From Silvanigrellaceae bacterium (GTDB lineage Bacteria > Bdellovibrionota_B > Oligoflexia > Silvanigrellales > Silvanigrellaceae): a DNA stretch of 64,000 nt. Position numbers and translations under genes: made by a program. The stretch lies in contig JBMSQQ010000006.1 of NCBI GenBank assembly GCA_049423385.1, positions 1-64,000 on the forward strand, written 5' to 3'. Under the pieces are notes generated by a model. The model saw only the letters and a list, made by a program, of their open reading frames with translations, was not told the origin of the DNA and did no database searches. Each line of letters begins with the position of its first letter. Within the stretch, counting starts at the first letter, position 1. Below, one piece after another: positions 51,389-60,766 of the stretch.

Positions 51389-51817
51389 GTGGAGCTTTCG
51401 AAAATGGTGCTTAAAAAGACCGATGCCGCCTATAACGACCGAGAAATACGAGCATTTCTCGAAGAAGGCTGTGAGTTCGAGGGCAAGTTGAATTTCAATG
51501 GAGTAGTCCGTCTGAACGGTCGATTCTTCGGTGATATCGATTCAGACGACACTTTGATTATAGGCGAAACCGCCCTTGTTCAGGGAAACATCCGTGTCGG
51601 TGTTGCAATCCTCGGGGGTCGCGTGGTGGGTGACGTTTCCACAAAACACTACACTGAAATTCTTTCAACGGGCATTGTTGAAGGCTCCATCACCTCACCC
51701 AAAATGATCACTCACGAAGGTGCCCAAATCATTGGACACATCACAGTTCAGCATGAAAAGCCGGAATTGACACTGGTCAGCAACACCAACACGAGCGTCA
51801 ACCAGCCTAATTTATGA
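51389..51817 (+). CDS. Bactofilin (polymer-forming cytoskeletal protein)
   Basis: Beta-helical repeats EGCEFEGKLNFNGVVRLNGRFFGDI...GA.IIG; start may be 51404. Confidence 0.88.
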   Translation: MELSKMVLKKTDAAYNDREIRAFLEEGCEFEGKLNFNGVVRLNGRFFGDIDSDDTLIIGETALVQGNIRVGVAILGGRVVGDVSTKHYTEILSTGIVEGSITSPKMITHEGAQIIGHITVQHEKPELTLVSNTNTSVNQPNL

Positions 51818-52637
51818 AGTAGAGAATCGCGATTGCGACCGCAATGCGATACCAGGCAAAAACCGTGAGCGGAAAACGCTTCAAGAACGCCAAGAACAAC
51901 TTCACAAACAAATAAGCCACGATCCAGGCGACCCCGATGCCAAGCAGCAATTGACCTCGCAATTCGCTATCAATCAATTGCCATGAGCTCTTGGCTTCGT
52001 ACAACGCCGTGCCACAGAGTGTTGGAAGCCCGACGAGAAAACTAATTTCGGCAGCAGATGTCCTTGAAAAACCAAGCCAACGGCCAGTAATAATTGTCGC
52101 CGCCGAACGACTGAATCCCGGCCACAACGCACAGCATTGCCCCAAGCCAACAAGAAACGCATCCACCAGACCAAAATTTTCAAGAGAACGCTCACGCCCT
52201 CTTCGCTTCTTTGCAAACACGTGCTCATCCAACAGAATCAAAACACCGCCAACAAGCAGCGCGTATGCAACAACACGCACATCGAACAATGCCTTGATCT
52301 GGTTTTTGAAAACGTACCCAAAAAGCGCAAACGGTATTACCGACAACGCAAAATAAATCGACTGTTGTCGTGCACCAATCATTGACGCGCTCGCGTTTGA
52401 CCTTCGCAGCACAAAAGCGAGCCAAGCATGCAACCAACCCAACAACGTCGGCCAAAACACGGTCACAACAGCCAATATGGCCCCAGCCTGAACGATGACA
52501 AGAAAGGCATCCAGGGAATCGCTCTTCTCAAGCCCCAACAATTGACGCGCGATAATCATATGACCGGTTGAACTCACCGGAAGGAACTCTGTCACGCCTT
52601 CAACAATCGAAAGACAAATCGAATCGATCAATCTCAT
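51807..52637 (-). CDS. uppP: Undecaprenyl-diphosphatase
   Basis: VEGVTEFLPVSSTGH, Q.GAILAV, PGFSRS. Confidence 0.95.
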   Translation of the reverse strand: MRLIDSICLSIVEGVTEFLPVSSTGHMIIARQLLGLEKSDSLDAFLVIVQAGAILAVVTVFWPTLLGWLHAWLAFVLRRSNASASMIGARQQSIYFALSVIPFALFGYVFKNQIKALFDVRVVAYALLVGGVLILLDEHVFAKKRRGRERSLENFGLVDAFLVGLGQCCALWPGFSRSAATIITGRWLGFSRTSAAEISFLVGLPTLCGTALYEAKSSWQLIDSELRGQLLLGIGVAWIVAYLFVKLFLAFLKRFPLTVFAWYRIAVAIAILYFIN

Positions 52638-52666
52638 GTAAAAAATCCATTCAATGCGCGGCCAAT

Positions 52667-53995
52667 TCAGAGGAGGTTTGCAGCGATTGTCGCCAGAGCA
52701 GAACGTTCGCCCTTCACGAGAGTCACATGCCCACCAATGGCCTCTCTGCGGAACCTCTCAACCACGTAGGTCAAACCATTTGAAGCAGCATCCACGTAGG
52801 GATTGTCAATCTGATACGGGTCTCCGGTGAGAATCACCTTGGTGTTGTCGCCCGCTCGGGTCAGAATTGTTTTTATTTCGTGCGGAGTCAGGTTTTGAGC
52901 CTCATCGACAATGAAAAACTGATTGGGAATCGAACGACCACGAATGTAGGTCAACGGCTCAACTTCAAGAATCCCTTGGGAGATGAGCTCATGATAACTC
53001 TGCGAAAGACGCTTGCCACGGCCCTGCGAATGCCCCCCCAACAACAATTCAAGATTGTCGAAAATCGGCTGCATCCAAGGATTCAACTTCTCTTCCAGGC
53101 TGCCCGGAAGATAGCCCACGTCACGCCCCAGAGGAAAAATTGGCCGGCTCACAAGCAACTTCTGATAACGAGCCTCATCGGTCGTCTTTTCAAGACCCGC
53201 CGCAATGGCAAGCAGCGTTTTACCGGTACCCGCAGTACCCACCAGTGTGACCATTTTGATATCGTCATCGAGAAGCAAATCGAGAGCAAAACTCTGCTCA
53301 AGATTGCGGGGATAGATTCCCCAAACATAATCCTTGCCACCGAAATTGAGTGGCTTGAGCGAGCCTGTCACATGGTCGAACTTGCCATAAACAAACTGTG
53401 AAGCCTGCTCAGCATCCCGAAGAATCACGTACTGGTTCGGCATCAGTTCGTAACCCTCAAGAGACACGGAACCACTCGACAGAAAATCACGCAGAAGACG
53501 ACCATCCACCTCAAACTCGGCAATGCCTGTATAAAGCTCGTCTATGTTGACTTTGTCAGCTTCAAAATCCTCGACCGCCACACCCAGCGCATCGGCTTTG
53601 ATTCGCAGGTTGGAGTCCTTGGTGATGAGAACCACCGGCAGAGAAGACTTAGACTTGAGCATCAAAGCGACCGACAAAATCAAATTGTCGGCCTTTCGCT
53701 CAAAATACGACGGGAGAAGAGCCATATCTGAATCGAGTGTCACGAAAACATGCCCGCTATCCGAGCGGTCTGGAAAAAGCGGGATACCGGTGCTCAATGA
53801 TCCGCGAGACCTGAGATCATCCATGATTCTCGAAAGATGACGGGCGTTTCGTCCAGTCTCACTCAATCCCTTTTTGAAAGTATCTATTTCCTCAATCACG
53901 GATATGGGTATGTACACATCGTTGTCTTCGAATGAAAAAATAGCATTCGGATTGGACAACAGCACGTTGGTATCCAGGACAAATTTCTTTTTCAA
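52667..53995 (-). CDS. PIN-PhoH fusion protein (PhoH2/YlaK-like)
   Basis: PIN VLDTNVL...TKD.NLRIKA; PhoH GTAGTGKT, GYLPG, RGRS, DEAQN, GDPYQID. Confidence 0.92.
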   Translation of the reverse strand: MKKKFVLDTNVLLSNPNAIFSFEDNDVYIPISVIEEIDTFKKGLSETGRNARHLSRIMDDLRSRGSLSTGIPLFPDRSDSGHVFVTLDSDMALLPSYFERKADNLILSVALMLKSKSSLPVVLITKDSNLRIKADALGVAVEDFEADKVNIDELYTGIAEFEVDGRLLRDFLSSGSVSLEGYELMPNQYVILRDAEQASQFVYGKFDHVTGSLKPLNFGGKDYVWGIYPRNLEQSFALDLLLDDDIKMVTLVGTAGTGKTLLAIAAGLEKTTDEARYQKLLVSRPIFPLGRDVGYLPGSLEEKLNPWMQPIFDNLELLLGGHSQGRGKRLSQSYHELISQGILEVEPLTYIRGRSIPNQFFIVDEAQNLTPHEIKTILTRAGDNTKVILTGDPYQIDNPYVDAASNGLTYVVERFRREAIGGHVTLVKGERSALATIAANLL

Positions 53996-54113
53996 ATTCC
54001 GACACCTCGTATCTGGTCGTTTGGCACACTGCGCTTACCTTGCAAAAGATATTAAACTATCATCTCGGGAGAACAAGAGAGCGCCTTAAGACTTTCACAA
54101 TCGGGGCCAACCC

Positions 54114-56369
54114 ATGACGAAATCTTCAACGACACGCGAAATTATCGAATCGATCAACAGCGAATCGAAACGAGATTTCAAGGAAAAGAACTATCTGTTG
54201 TCATTTGACGAATATCTCGACCTGGTGGCTCGCAAACCGCAAATTCTCCTGCGTTCTTCGGCCCAGTACATGAAAGACATGATCGACTCCTTTGGAGTCG
54301 AAAAGGTCACCCTTGGACACGAAGGTGCCAGCCAGCACTTCAAGGTGTTTGAACGACCCAGAGGCCGAAATCGTCCTCCGATTGTTGGACAACATGAAGC
54401 GCATGAACACATCTACAAAATCCTTGAGCAATTTGTCCGCCAGGGACGAGTCGACAAGCTCATACTCCTGCATGGACCCAATGGATCATCAAAGTCATCC
54501 ACGGCAGAGGCCCTTGCCCAAGCACTCGAAGAATATTCAAAAACCGATGAAGGGGCGATCTATCGATTCAATTGGGTTTTCCCGAACGAAAAACTTGGAC
54601 ACGAAGGCCTTTCCACAAATGAAGCGGGAAAGAAAATCGGATTCGGTGACTCGGCTCCGCAATGGAACAACGGGGCTTCCTTTGCTCATTTGCCAGACGA
54701 CGAATTGCTTTGCAAAATTGTCAGCGAGTTGAAGGAAAACCCCATCTTTCTTTTGCCTGCAAGCAAGCGAACCTCCTTCATCCGTACATGCATGAACAAA
54801 GGGGAAACAGAAGAGATTCCCGCATTCCTCGTCGACAGCGACCTGAGTGCAAAAAACAAAAAGATATTCGAAGCACTTCTTATTGCCTATCATGGTGATC
54901 TCGAAAAACTGTTCCGTCACGTGCAGGTCGAGCGCTTCTTCTTCAGCTCACGCTACAGAACCGGCATTGCAACCGTTGAACCGCAAATGACAATCGACGC
55001 ACAAGACAAGCAAATCACCATGGAGAGGAATCTACAAAACATTCCCCCCGTCCTGCAGAACATTCGCTTCTACGAGCCATCAGGTGACCTCGTCGACGCC
55101 AGCCGTGGATTCATTGAATTTGCAGATCTGCTCAAACGCCCCGTGGAGGCTTTCAAGTACCTGCTCACAACAGTGGAAAAAATGAGCATCAATTTGACTT
55201 CCGGATTCGCGGATCTCGACCTTGTGATGATGGGCAGCGCAAATGAAAAACATCTCGATGCATTCAAGGCATCGCCCGATTGGCCGTCGTTCAAGGGTCG
55301 ATTTGAACTTGTTCGGGTGCCCTATTTGCTCTCCTCGCAACTTGAAAGCAGGATTTACGAAGAAGACGTGCGCACCATCTCGCGAAACAAAAAAATAGGA
55401 CCTCACGCACTCGATCTCCTGGCAAAATGGGCAGTCCTTACCCGGCTTCGCCCACCCGACCCGGAATTCTTTGAATTCAATGTCCGAAACCTTATCGCCA
55501 GACTCGATCCATTTGAAAAACTCGCGCTCTACGATGGGCTGGAGCCGTCAATGCACTTCTCGGATGCTGAAAAAGGCCAGTTGAAAAAACTCGTGGGAGA
55601 AATCAAACGCGAATCGCAGGCATCGCACTTTTATGAGGGTCGCTTTGGTGCTTCACCCCGCGAAATGAAGATGCTCCTCTATTTCGCATCACAACACCCA
55701 ACCCGTGACCAGGTCAGTGCGCTAGCCATTTTCGATGAAATCGAGAATCTCATGCGGGACCGTTCCGTCTATGATTATCTTCAATTTGAGCCGCGCAATG
55801 GCTATCATGACTTTCGCGAGTTCCATAAATTTATTCGTTTCACATACGCACAAAACTTTCATCGCGAGTTCATGATCTCGATGAATCTGTTTGATGAAAC
55901 CCAATATCATCGTGCGTTCGAAAAATATCTGAAGAACATCGTCGCCTTCCTCAAGAAGGAAAACGTGGTCAACGAAATCACTCAAAAACTCGAGCCCGCA
56001 AGCGAAACAATCATGGACGAGATGGAGCAACTTCTCGGACTGAATGGCGAGAAAAGAGAACTTCGCGAATCGCTGGTAGCGAAGATTGCCTCGTGGCGGG
56101 TTGAGAATCCGGGGGCCGAGCTCGACATCGGCAAGGTCTTCAAATCGGAACTGCAAACTGTGGAACACCGCATTTATGAGAGCAAAAAAGACTTGATTGA
56201 GCGGGTCAAGGCTTCAATGCTGACATACGGAACTGAAGACTATCAAAAACAGCCCGGCGAACTCCTCAAAACTTGTGAAGAAACTTTCAAGAATTTGGAT
56301 TCGCGATTCGGCTATTCGTGGAATAGCACTTGGGAGAGCTTGGTCTTTTTGCGTTCTCAGGGTATTTAA
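54114..56369 (+). CDS. PrkA/YeaG-family AAA+ serine protein kinase
   Basis: LLHGPNGSSKSS, GDLVDASRGFIEFADLLK, SFKGRFELVRVPYLL, GASPRE. Confidence 0.85.
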   Translation: MTKSSTTREIIESINSESKRDFKEKNYLLSFDEYLDLVARKPQILLRSSAQYMKDMIDSFGVEKVTLGHEGASQHFKVFERPRGRNRPPIVGQHEAHEHIYKILEQFVRQGRVDKLILLHGPNGSSKSSTAEALAQALEEYSKTDEGAIYRFNWVFPNEKLGHEGLSTNEAGKKIGFGDSAPQWNNGASFAHLPDDELLCKIVSELKENPIFLLPASKRTSFIRTCMNKGETEEIPAFLVDSDLSAKNKKIFEALLIAYHGDLEKLFRHVQVERFFFSSRYRTGIATVEPQMTIDAQDKQITMERNLQNIPPVLQNIRFYEPSGDLVDASRGFIEFADLLKRPVEAFKYLLTTVEKMSINLTSGFADLDLVMMGSANEKHLDAFKASPDWPSFKGRFELVRVPYLLSSQLESRIYEEDVRTISRNKKIGPHALDLLAKWAVLTRLRPPDPEFFEFNVRNLIARLDPFEKLALYDGLEPSMHFSDAEKGQLKKLVGEIKRESQASHFYEGRFGASPREMKMLLYFASQHPTRDQVSALAIFDEIENLMRDRSVYDYLQFEPRNGYHDFREFHKFIRFTYAQNFHREFMISMNLFDETQYHRAFEKYLKNIVAFLKKENVVNEITQKLEPASETIMDEMEQLLGLNGEKRELRESLVAKIASWRVENPGAELDIGKVFKSELQTVEHRIYESKKDLIERVKASMLTYGTEDYQKQPGELLKTCEETFKNLDSRFGYSWNSTWESLVFLRSQGI

Positions 56370-56395
56370 AAGGAAAATAACCTGGAGAACGCTTT

Positions 56396-57709
56396 ATGAA
56401 CCGGAACCCGTGCAGGGCAGTTCTGCCCTCATTGCTGTCGTTGATCCCAGTCGTTTCATCAGCTTCACAAATTGCCAACAATCCGCATTTCACAATCGAA
56501 AAAAAAGCAACCATCAGCATCAACAAGCCGGGGTATCTCAGCCTCGTCACCGATCCCTCAACCAGAGCACCGCACCTCCTGGTTTCAACCTTCCAGGCCT
56601 TCGGAAAAGACAACCTTTATTCAATCGCCAACTGGGACAAGGGACTTGCAGAGCCGGAACTCCTCGACACAGCCAACCTCAACAACCAAATCACCTGGCC
56701 AAACGAAGCACGCATGGCCGACAATCAGCTGTTTGGTCAAGAGGGTTTGATCGTTTCGGGGGGATTTCTTGTACCTGGAAAGTCGACTGGAGCGATCAGC
56801 TTTGTCCCCTGGTCACAGCCACAGAGCCACCGCACCATCACCACACCCAAAAAGGGTTGGTATTATCACCGAACGGAAGAATACGACGTCAATGGCGATG
56901 GCCTGCTGGATCTGGTCACTGCACGCGGCACAATCCCAATGATGGGCAAACCCGACGGTGAATTGATTTGGCTCGAAAATCCAGGAAACAGCAACAGCAA
57001 CGAGCCATGGAAGGAACACTTCATTGCACGCGGACCCGACGTACACTTTCGCATTCTGAACAAGGCGCCCTCAAAACAAGCCGCAATGCTTCCGCTGACC
57101 ATCGTGACTACCGAATTCTCTGCAAGAAAGTTGTCTGTTTATCAGCAAAATGCTGCGGGAGCTTTTGATTTTCACCGACTCGATGACACCCTCGGAGCCG
57201 CTTTCGACATCCAGATTGAGGACCTCAATTCAGATGGCGCGCCAGAATTGTTGGTGACCAATCATGAACCAGACGCTAAGGCTTCCGTCTTTGCATACGA
57301 ATTCGATATCCAAACCCTAAAAATCATCAAGAGACACACTCTCCTGACTGGAATCGAAACACGCCAGAAGGGCATCAAGCAAGCATCACCAGGAACCGTG
57401 TTGGCTTTCAGGACGTCAACCAATCCCAAACAGGCCAACCTGAAATCCTGGATTCTTGTTTCGGGTGATGGCTCGCAAAGAGCACATTTGCTTGTCCCAC
57501 AAAGCGACACCGACCCACTCAATTGGTCGTACGATCAATTTGAAATCTGGGATGCGAAATCAACGGTCGGGCAATCAGTCGTTGGAGATGTGGATGGCGA
57601 TGGTCAGCCTGAAATCTTTGTTCCTGCATATGATGCAAATCAAGTCGCCGTCTTCAAAATCAACGCGAAGAAAATTTCACCATTCAACAGGCGTCGTCGA
57701 TCTGAGTGA
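56396..57709 (+). CDS. Secreted FG-GAP/VCBS-repeat (beta-propeller) protein
   Basis: Signal peptide; DVNGDGLLDLV, DLNSDGAPELLV and DVDGDGQPEIFV Ca-binding motifs. Confidence 0.8.
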   Translation: MNRNPCRAVLPSLLSLIPVVSSASQIANNPHFTIEKKATISINKPGYLSLVTDPSTRAPHLLVSTFQAFGKDNLYSIANWDKGLAEPELLDTANLNNQITWPNEARMADNQLFGQEGLIVSGGFLVPGKSTGAISFVPWSQPQSHRTITTPKKGWYYHRTEEYDVNGDGLLDLVTARGTIPMMGKPDGELIWLENPGNSNSNEPWKEHFIARGPDVHFRILNKAPSKQAAMLPLTIVTTEFSARKLSVYQQNAAGAFDFHRLDDTLGAAFDIQIEDLNSDGAPELLVTNHEPDAKASVFAYEFDIQTLKIIKRHTLLTGIETRQKGIKQASPGTVLAFRTSTNPKQANLKSWILVSGDGSQRAHLLVPQSDTDPLNWSYDQFEIWDAKSTVGQSVVGDVDGDGQPEIFVPAYDANQVAVFKINAKKISPFNRRRRSE

Positions 57710-60664
57710 ATTGGATTCATCCAGCGGAAACACTCCCTCGTCGCCAATCCAAAGCAGAGGAGTCGTCTGAAGAATGTCCCCAGCTGAGCTTCTGACGATT
57801 CCTCCCACTATTCCGCTGAATCCAAGCCCGTGGTTGATCACGGGTGACATCTTCAATTCGGTTTCGCCTCGATAGTCACCTTCGCCGACCCGTTGCAACG
57901 GCACAACCTCCGTTTCCACCATCACACGGTCGTCCGAAAGCGAAGCAATCAGGACCTCCATTTCGGGAAATTCAGTCGACGGAAGAACGGCACTGCGAGC
58001 CGACAACTGAACAGCAGACTCAGGTCGGGAACCCACATCGGCCAGACGGGTGAATTGCAAATGCAGAATCTTGTGGCCATCCCTTTCGCTCAACTGACCC
58101 ACAAGGCGCCCGTGCCTTCTGGCCAACGGAGACATCTGAAGTGGACCCAGCACTGTCGGTTCATCACCCAACTTCCACTTGACCTGCCCCACAACACTGG
58201 CCCTTTCGAGAGCAGATGGAACGGTCGAAAGATAGGTTCGGATGGTTCTGGGCAAGCGAACCGTCGACATCCATTGCTTGTCTGCAGTCCTGCTGAATTG
58301 CACAGGCAACCAAACCACAGGCCCATCATGCGAATCATCCAGGCGCAGGCCCAATAGACCCGCCAACGTGCCATTGCGCTGGGCTTGCGCACGTACCTCG
58401 CTCGCTGCAATCGAAAGCAAAACTTGCGACGAGCCCTGCCATGCTATCAACGCATTTGAGGACAACGAGACCCGTGACAATGAACGCGAAGGTCCGAGTG
58501 GGGAATCGCCCGTCTTGCCCAAAATCCCAAAAAGGGTCATGAAATCCCGAAATGTGCCTCCCACCGTTCGATTTCCACCCTTCCCACCGGGTGGCTGGGT
58601 GGGGGTCAATGGAGCCGATGCTTTGGAATATGAAGATGAAACAGCGGGCGGACGCTCATCAGACGCAAATTCAAAAAATGATTTTGGCAACGTCTTCCAC
58701 AATCCAATCTGTCGGTATGGCTCCTGTTCCAAGGTCGACCTCAAAAGAGTGGCTTCTTCGGCCAAAACTTTCCTGTGTGCATCGCGGATTTGCCGTTCGG
58801 TGAGTGGTTGCCATTGCGTGCGACCTGAATAAAGTATCAAACCCATTTGCACTCCCACACGGGCAATGGGATCTTCGTCCAATTTTGTAATCGAACGTGT
58901 GTTGTCACCTATCGGATAGGCAAAATTCAGAGGCCTCAAACCTCCTAGAACCTGAACTTCCGGACGCGAAAGTGCCCACAGGTTCAATGACAACTGATGC
59001 GCTCCGGAGCCTGTTCTCGACTTGGTGGGGTTGAGCAAATGAGAAGCCAGGTGTTCTTCCCGATCGATCTCGCTGCTGCCCGACATCCAAAGATGATCTT
59101 CCCTGGGTTGAACGAGCTTGATACCCACATGCGGCTCCACTCCAACACCCTGCAGGCTCTGACCTGCTGGCGTAAAATAATGGGCAACCGTCAGCTTCAA
59201 TGCCGTGCCGGTCGAAAGCTCAAACAAACTCTGCACACTTCCCTTGCCAAAAGTGCGCTCGCCAACAATCAATGATCTGCCTTGATCCTTCAATGCTCCT
59301 GCCACGATTTCACTCGCACTCGCAGATGATGAATTCACCAAAGTCACCACCGGCAAATCGATCTTTGTTCCACGTGTCGCCTGCTCAATTTGTTCTTCAA
59401 AACGCGAGCGGGTTGAAACGATTTTGCCATGTCTCAAAAACAAATCGGACACCTGAATGGCCTGATCCAACAGCCCGCCGGGATTTCCGCGCAGATCCAG
59501 AAGCATCATCTTCAGTTTGCCGCGTGCCGCCTGCTGCGCATGTTCAAAAAGCGCGTAGACATCATCTGCTGTATGATTCGCAAAACCTGTCACGCGGATA
59601 TGCAAAACCTCAGGATGACCTTCAACAATTCTCAACTCCGCGCTCCGGGTTGGAATTTCCTCACGCGCCAGAAACGATCTGAAAACTCGTCGACTCGAGG
59701 GCCTGAAAAACCAAACGGGCGCAGCGGTGTCGACTGCAAGTTCACGAATATCGCGCAAAACGCTCTCAAGCGGACGAAAGGCTGAGACGTTATTCCCAAC
59801 CCTCAGCAAAACGTCGCCAGAGCGGATTCCGGCCATGTGTGCTGGACTGTTGGGAACAACTTCACGAATGACCGGCAATTCTTGTGCTTCGTCGATCACA
59901 AGACCCACACCGCCAAATTGACCCCGCGTGCCACTGCGCAATTCCTTGTACTCATCGAGCGACATATAGGAGCTGTGTGGATCAAGTTCATCAAGGATTC
60001 CATTCAGGTAGGTATGCACCGCCTGCGAGACAGGAATTCCCCTCAGGCGCGCATATTCCGGAACAACATATCGACCGACCAAATCCAGGCTGCGCAAGCC
60101 TGGTTCAACCGACAATGGCACGCCAAAAACGCGCAAACCCACCCGCAAGACAGCCTGAACTTCAAAATTCTCCTGGGATGGCAACAGTGACGATTCAATA
60201 CCCGACTCTGGACAGATATCTGCGCTTTGCCGGGTCATCGAAGGACACAATTGAAGAGTCCGATAGCCCGACAATTGCATTCCACCGGACTGCCCACCCC
60301 GTTTCACGAAACCAAGCTCAATGTCGGCACCGTGCTCCCGCCCAAGCGCCCTGATTCCACTCGAAAGCATGCGCACCGCATCAAGTCGCTCACGCTGCAC
60401 ATAATGCTGTTCAACTATGCGCAGCGCATGGCGAATCACTTCTGCTTCGGTATCAAAAGACAATCCGGGGAAAATTTCTTCCAGGGGAACGACGGCATGG
60501 CCAGCGGAAAAATCGTGACTCAGTCCAAAGGTTGGAAACCAGATTGAACCCAGGCGATCCGAGGACGATGGATAAAAACCAACGGTCAAACCCAATAACC
60601 AGAACAATGGCCTGGTGGGTTTGCTCAATCTGGCCTTGATTTGTGAAAACCAAGCTGCAATCAC
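57677..60664 (-). CDS. S41 carboxyl-terminal processing protease with PDZ domain and long C-terminal extension
   Basis: LDPHS, GQFGGVG, PNSPA..AGI, DLRGNPGG, SASASEI (catalytic Ser), TFGKGSVQ (catalytic Lys). Start uncertain. Confidence 0.88.
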   Translation of the reverse strand: MIAAWFSQIKARLSKPTRPLFWLLGLTVGFYPSSSDRLGSIWFPTFGLSHDFSAGHAVVPLEEIFPGLSFDTEAEVIRHALRIVEQHYVQRERLDAVRMLSSGIRALGREHGADIELGFVKRGGQSGGMQLSGYRTLQLCPSMTRQSADICPESGIESSLLPSQENFEVQAVLRVGLRVFGVPLSVEPGLRSLDLVGRYVVPEYARLRGIPVSQAVHTYLNGILDELDPHSSYMSLDEYKELRSGTRGQFGGVGLVIDEAQELPVIREVVPNSPAHMAGIRSGDVLLRVGNNVSAFRPLESVLRDIRELAVDTAAPVWFFRPSSRRVFRSFLAREEIPTRSAELRIVEGHPEVLHIRVTGFANHTADDVYALFEHAQQAARGKLKMMLLDLRGNPGGLLDQAIQVSDLFLRHGKIVSTRSRFEEQIEQATRGTKIDLPVVTLVNSSSASASEIVAGALKDQGRSLIVGERTFGKGSVQSLFELSTGTALKLTVAHYFTPAGQSLQGVGVEPHVGIKLVQPREDHLWMSGSSEIDREEHLASHLLNPTKSRTGSGAHQLSLNLWALSRPEVQVLGGLRPLNFAYPIGDNTRSITKLDEDPIARVGVQMGLILYSGRTQWQPLTERQIRDAHRKVLAEEATLLRSTLEQEPYRQIGLWKTLPKSFFEFASDERPPAVSSSYSKASAPLTPTQPPGGKGGNRTVGGTFRDFMTLFGILGKTGDSPLGPSRSLSRVSLSSNALIAWQGSSQVLLSIAASEVRAQAQRNGTLAGLLGLRLDDSHDGPVVWLPVQFSRTADKQWMSTVRLPRTIRTYLSTVPSALERASVVGQVKWKLGDEPTVLGPLQMSPLARRHGRLVGQLSERDGHKILHLQFTRLADVGSRPESAVQLSARSAVLPSTEFPEMEVLIASLSDDRVMVETEVVPLQRVGEGDYRGETELKMSPVINHGLGFSGIVGGIVRSSAGDILQTTPLLWIGDEGVFPLDESNSLRSTTPVEW

Positions 60665-60766
60665 ACAACATCTCCTCCAGCAAAATTAGCAGAAGTTGTG
60701 CTTTGACAAGTGACAATGCAGCGGGTTGGATGGGCAACTCTTACCCGAATCAATCCAAGTTGAGTT

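Noticed and set aside
57726..57740. 15-bp match GGAAACACTCCCTCG shared with the ftsZ terminator (39406-39420)
   Set aside because: About one or two such matches are expected by chance in 64 kb, and this copy is in coding sequence with no hairpin.
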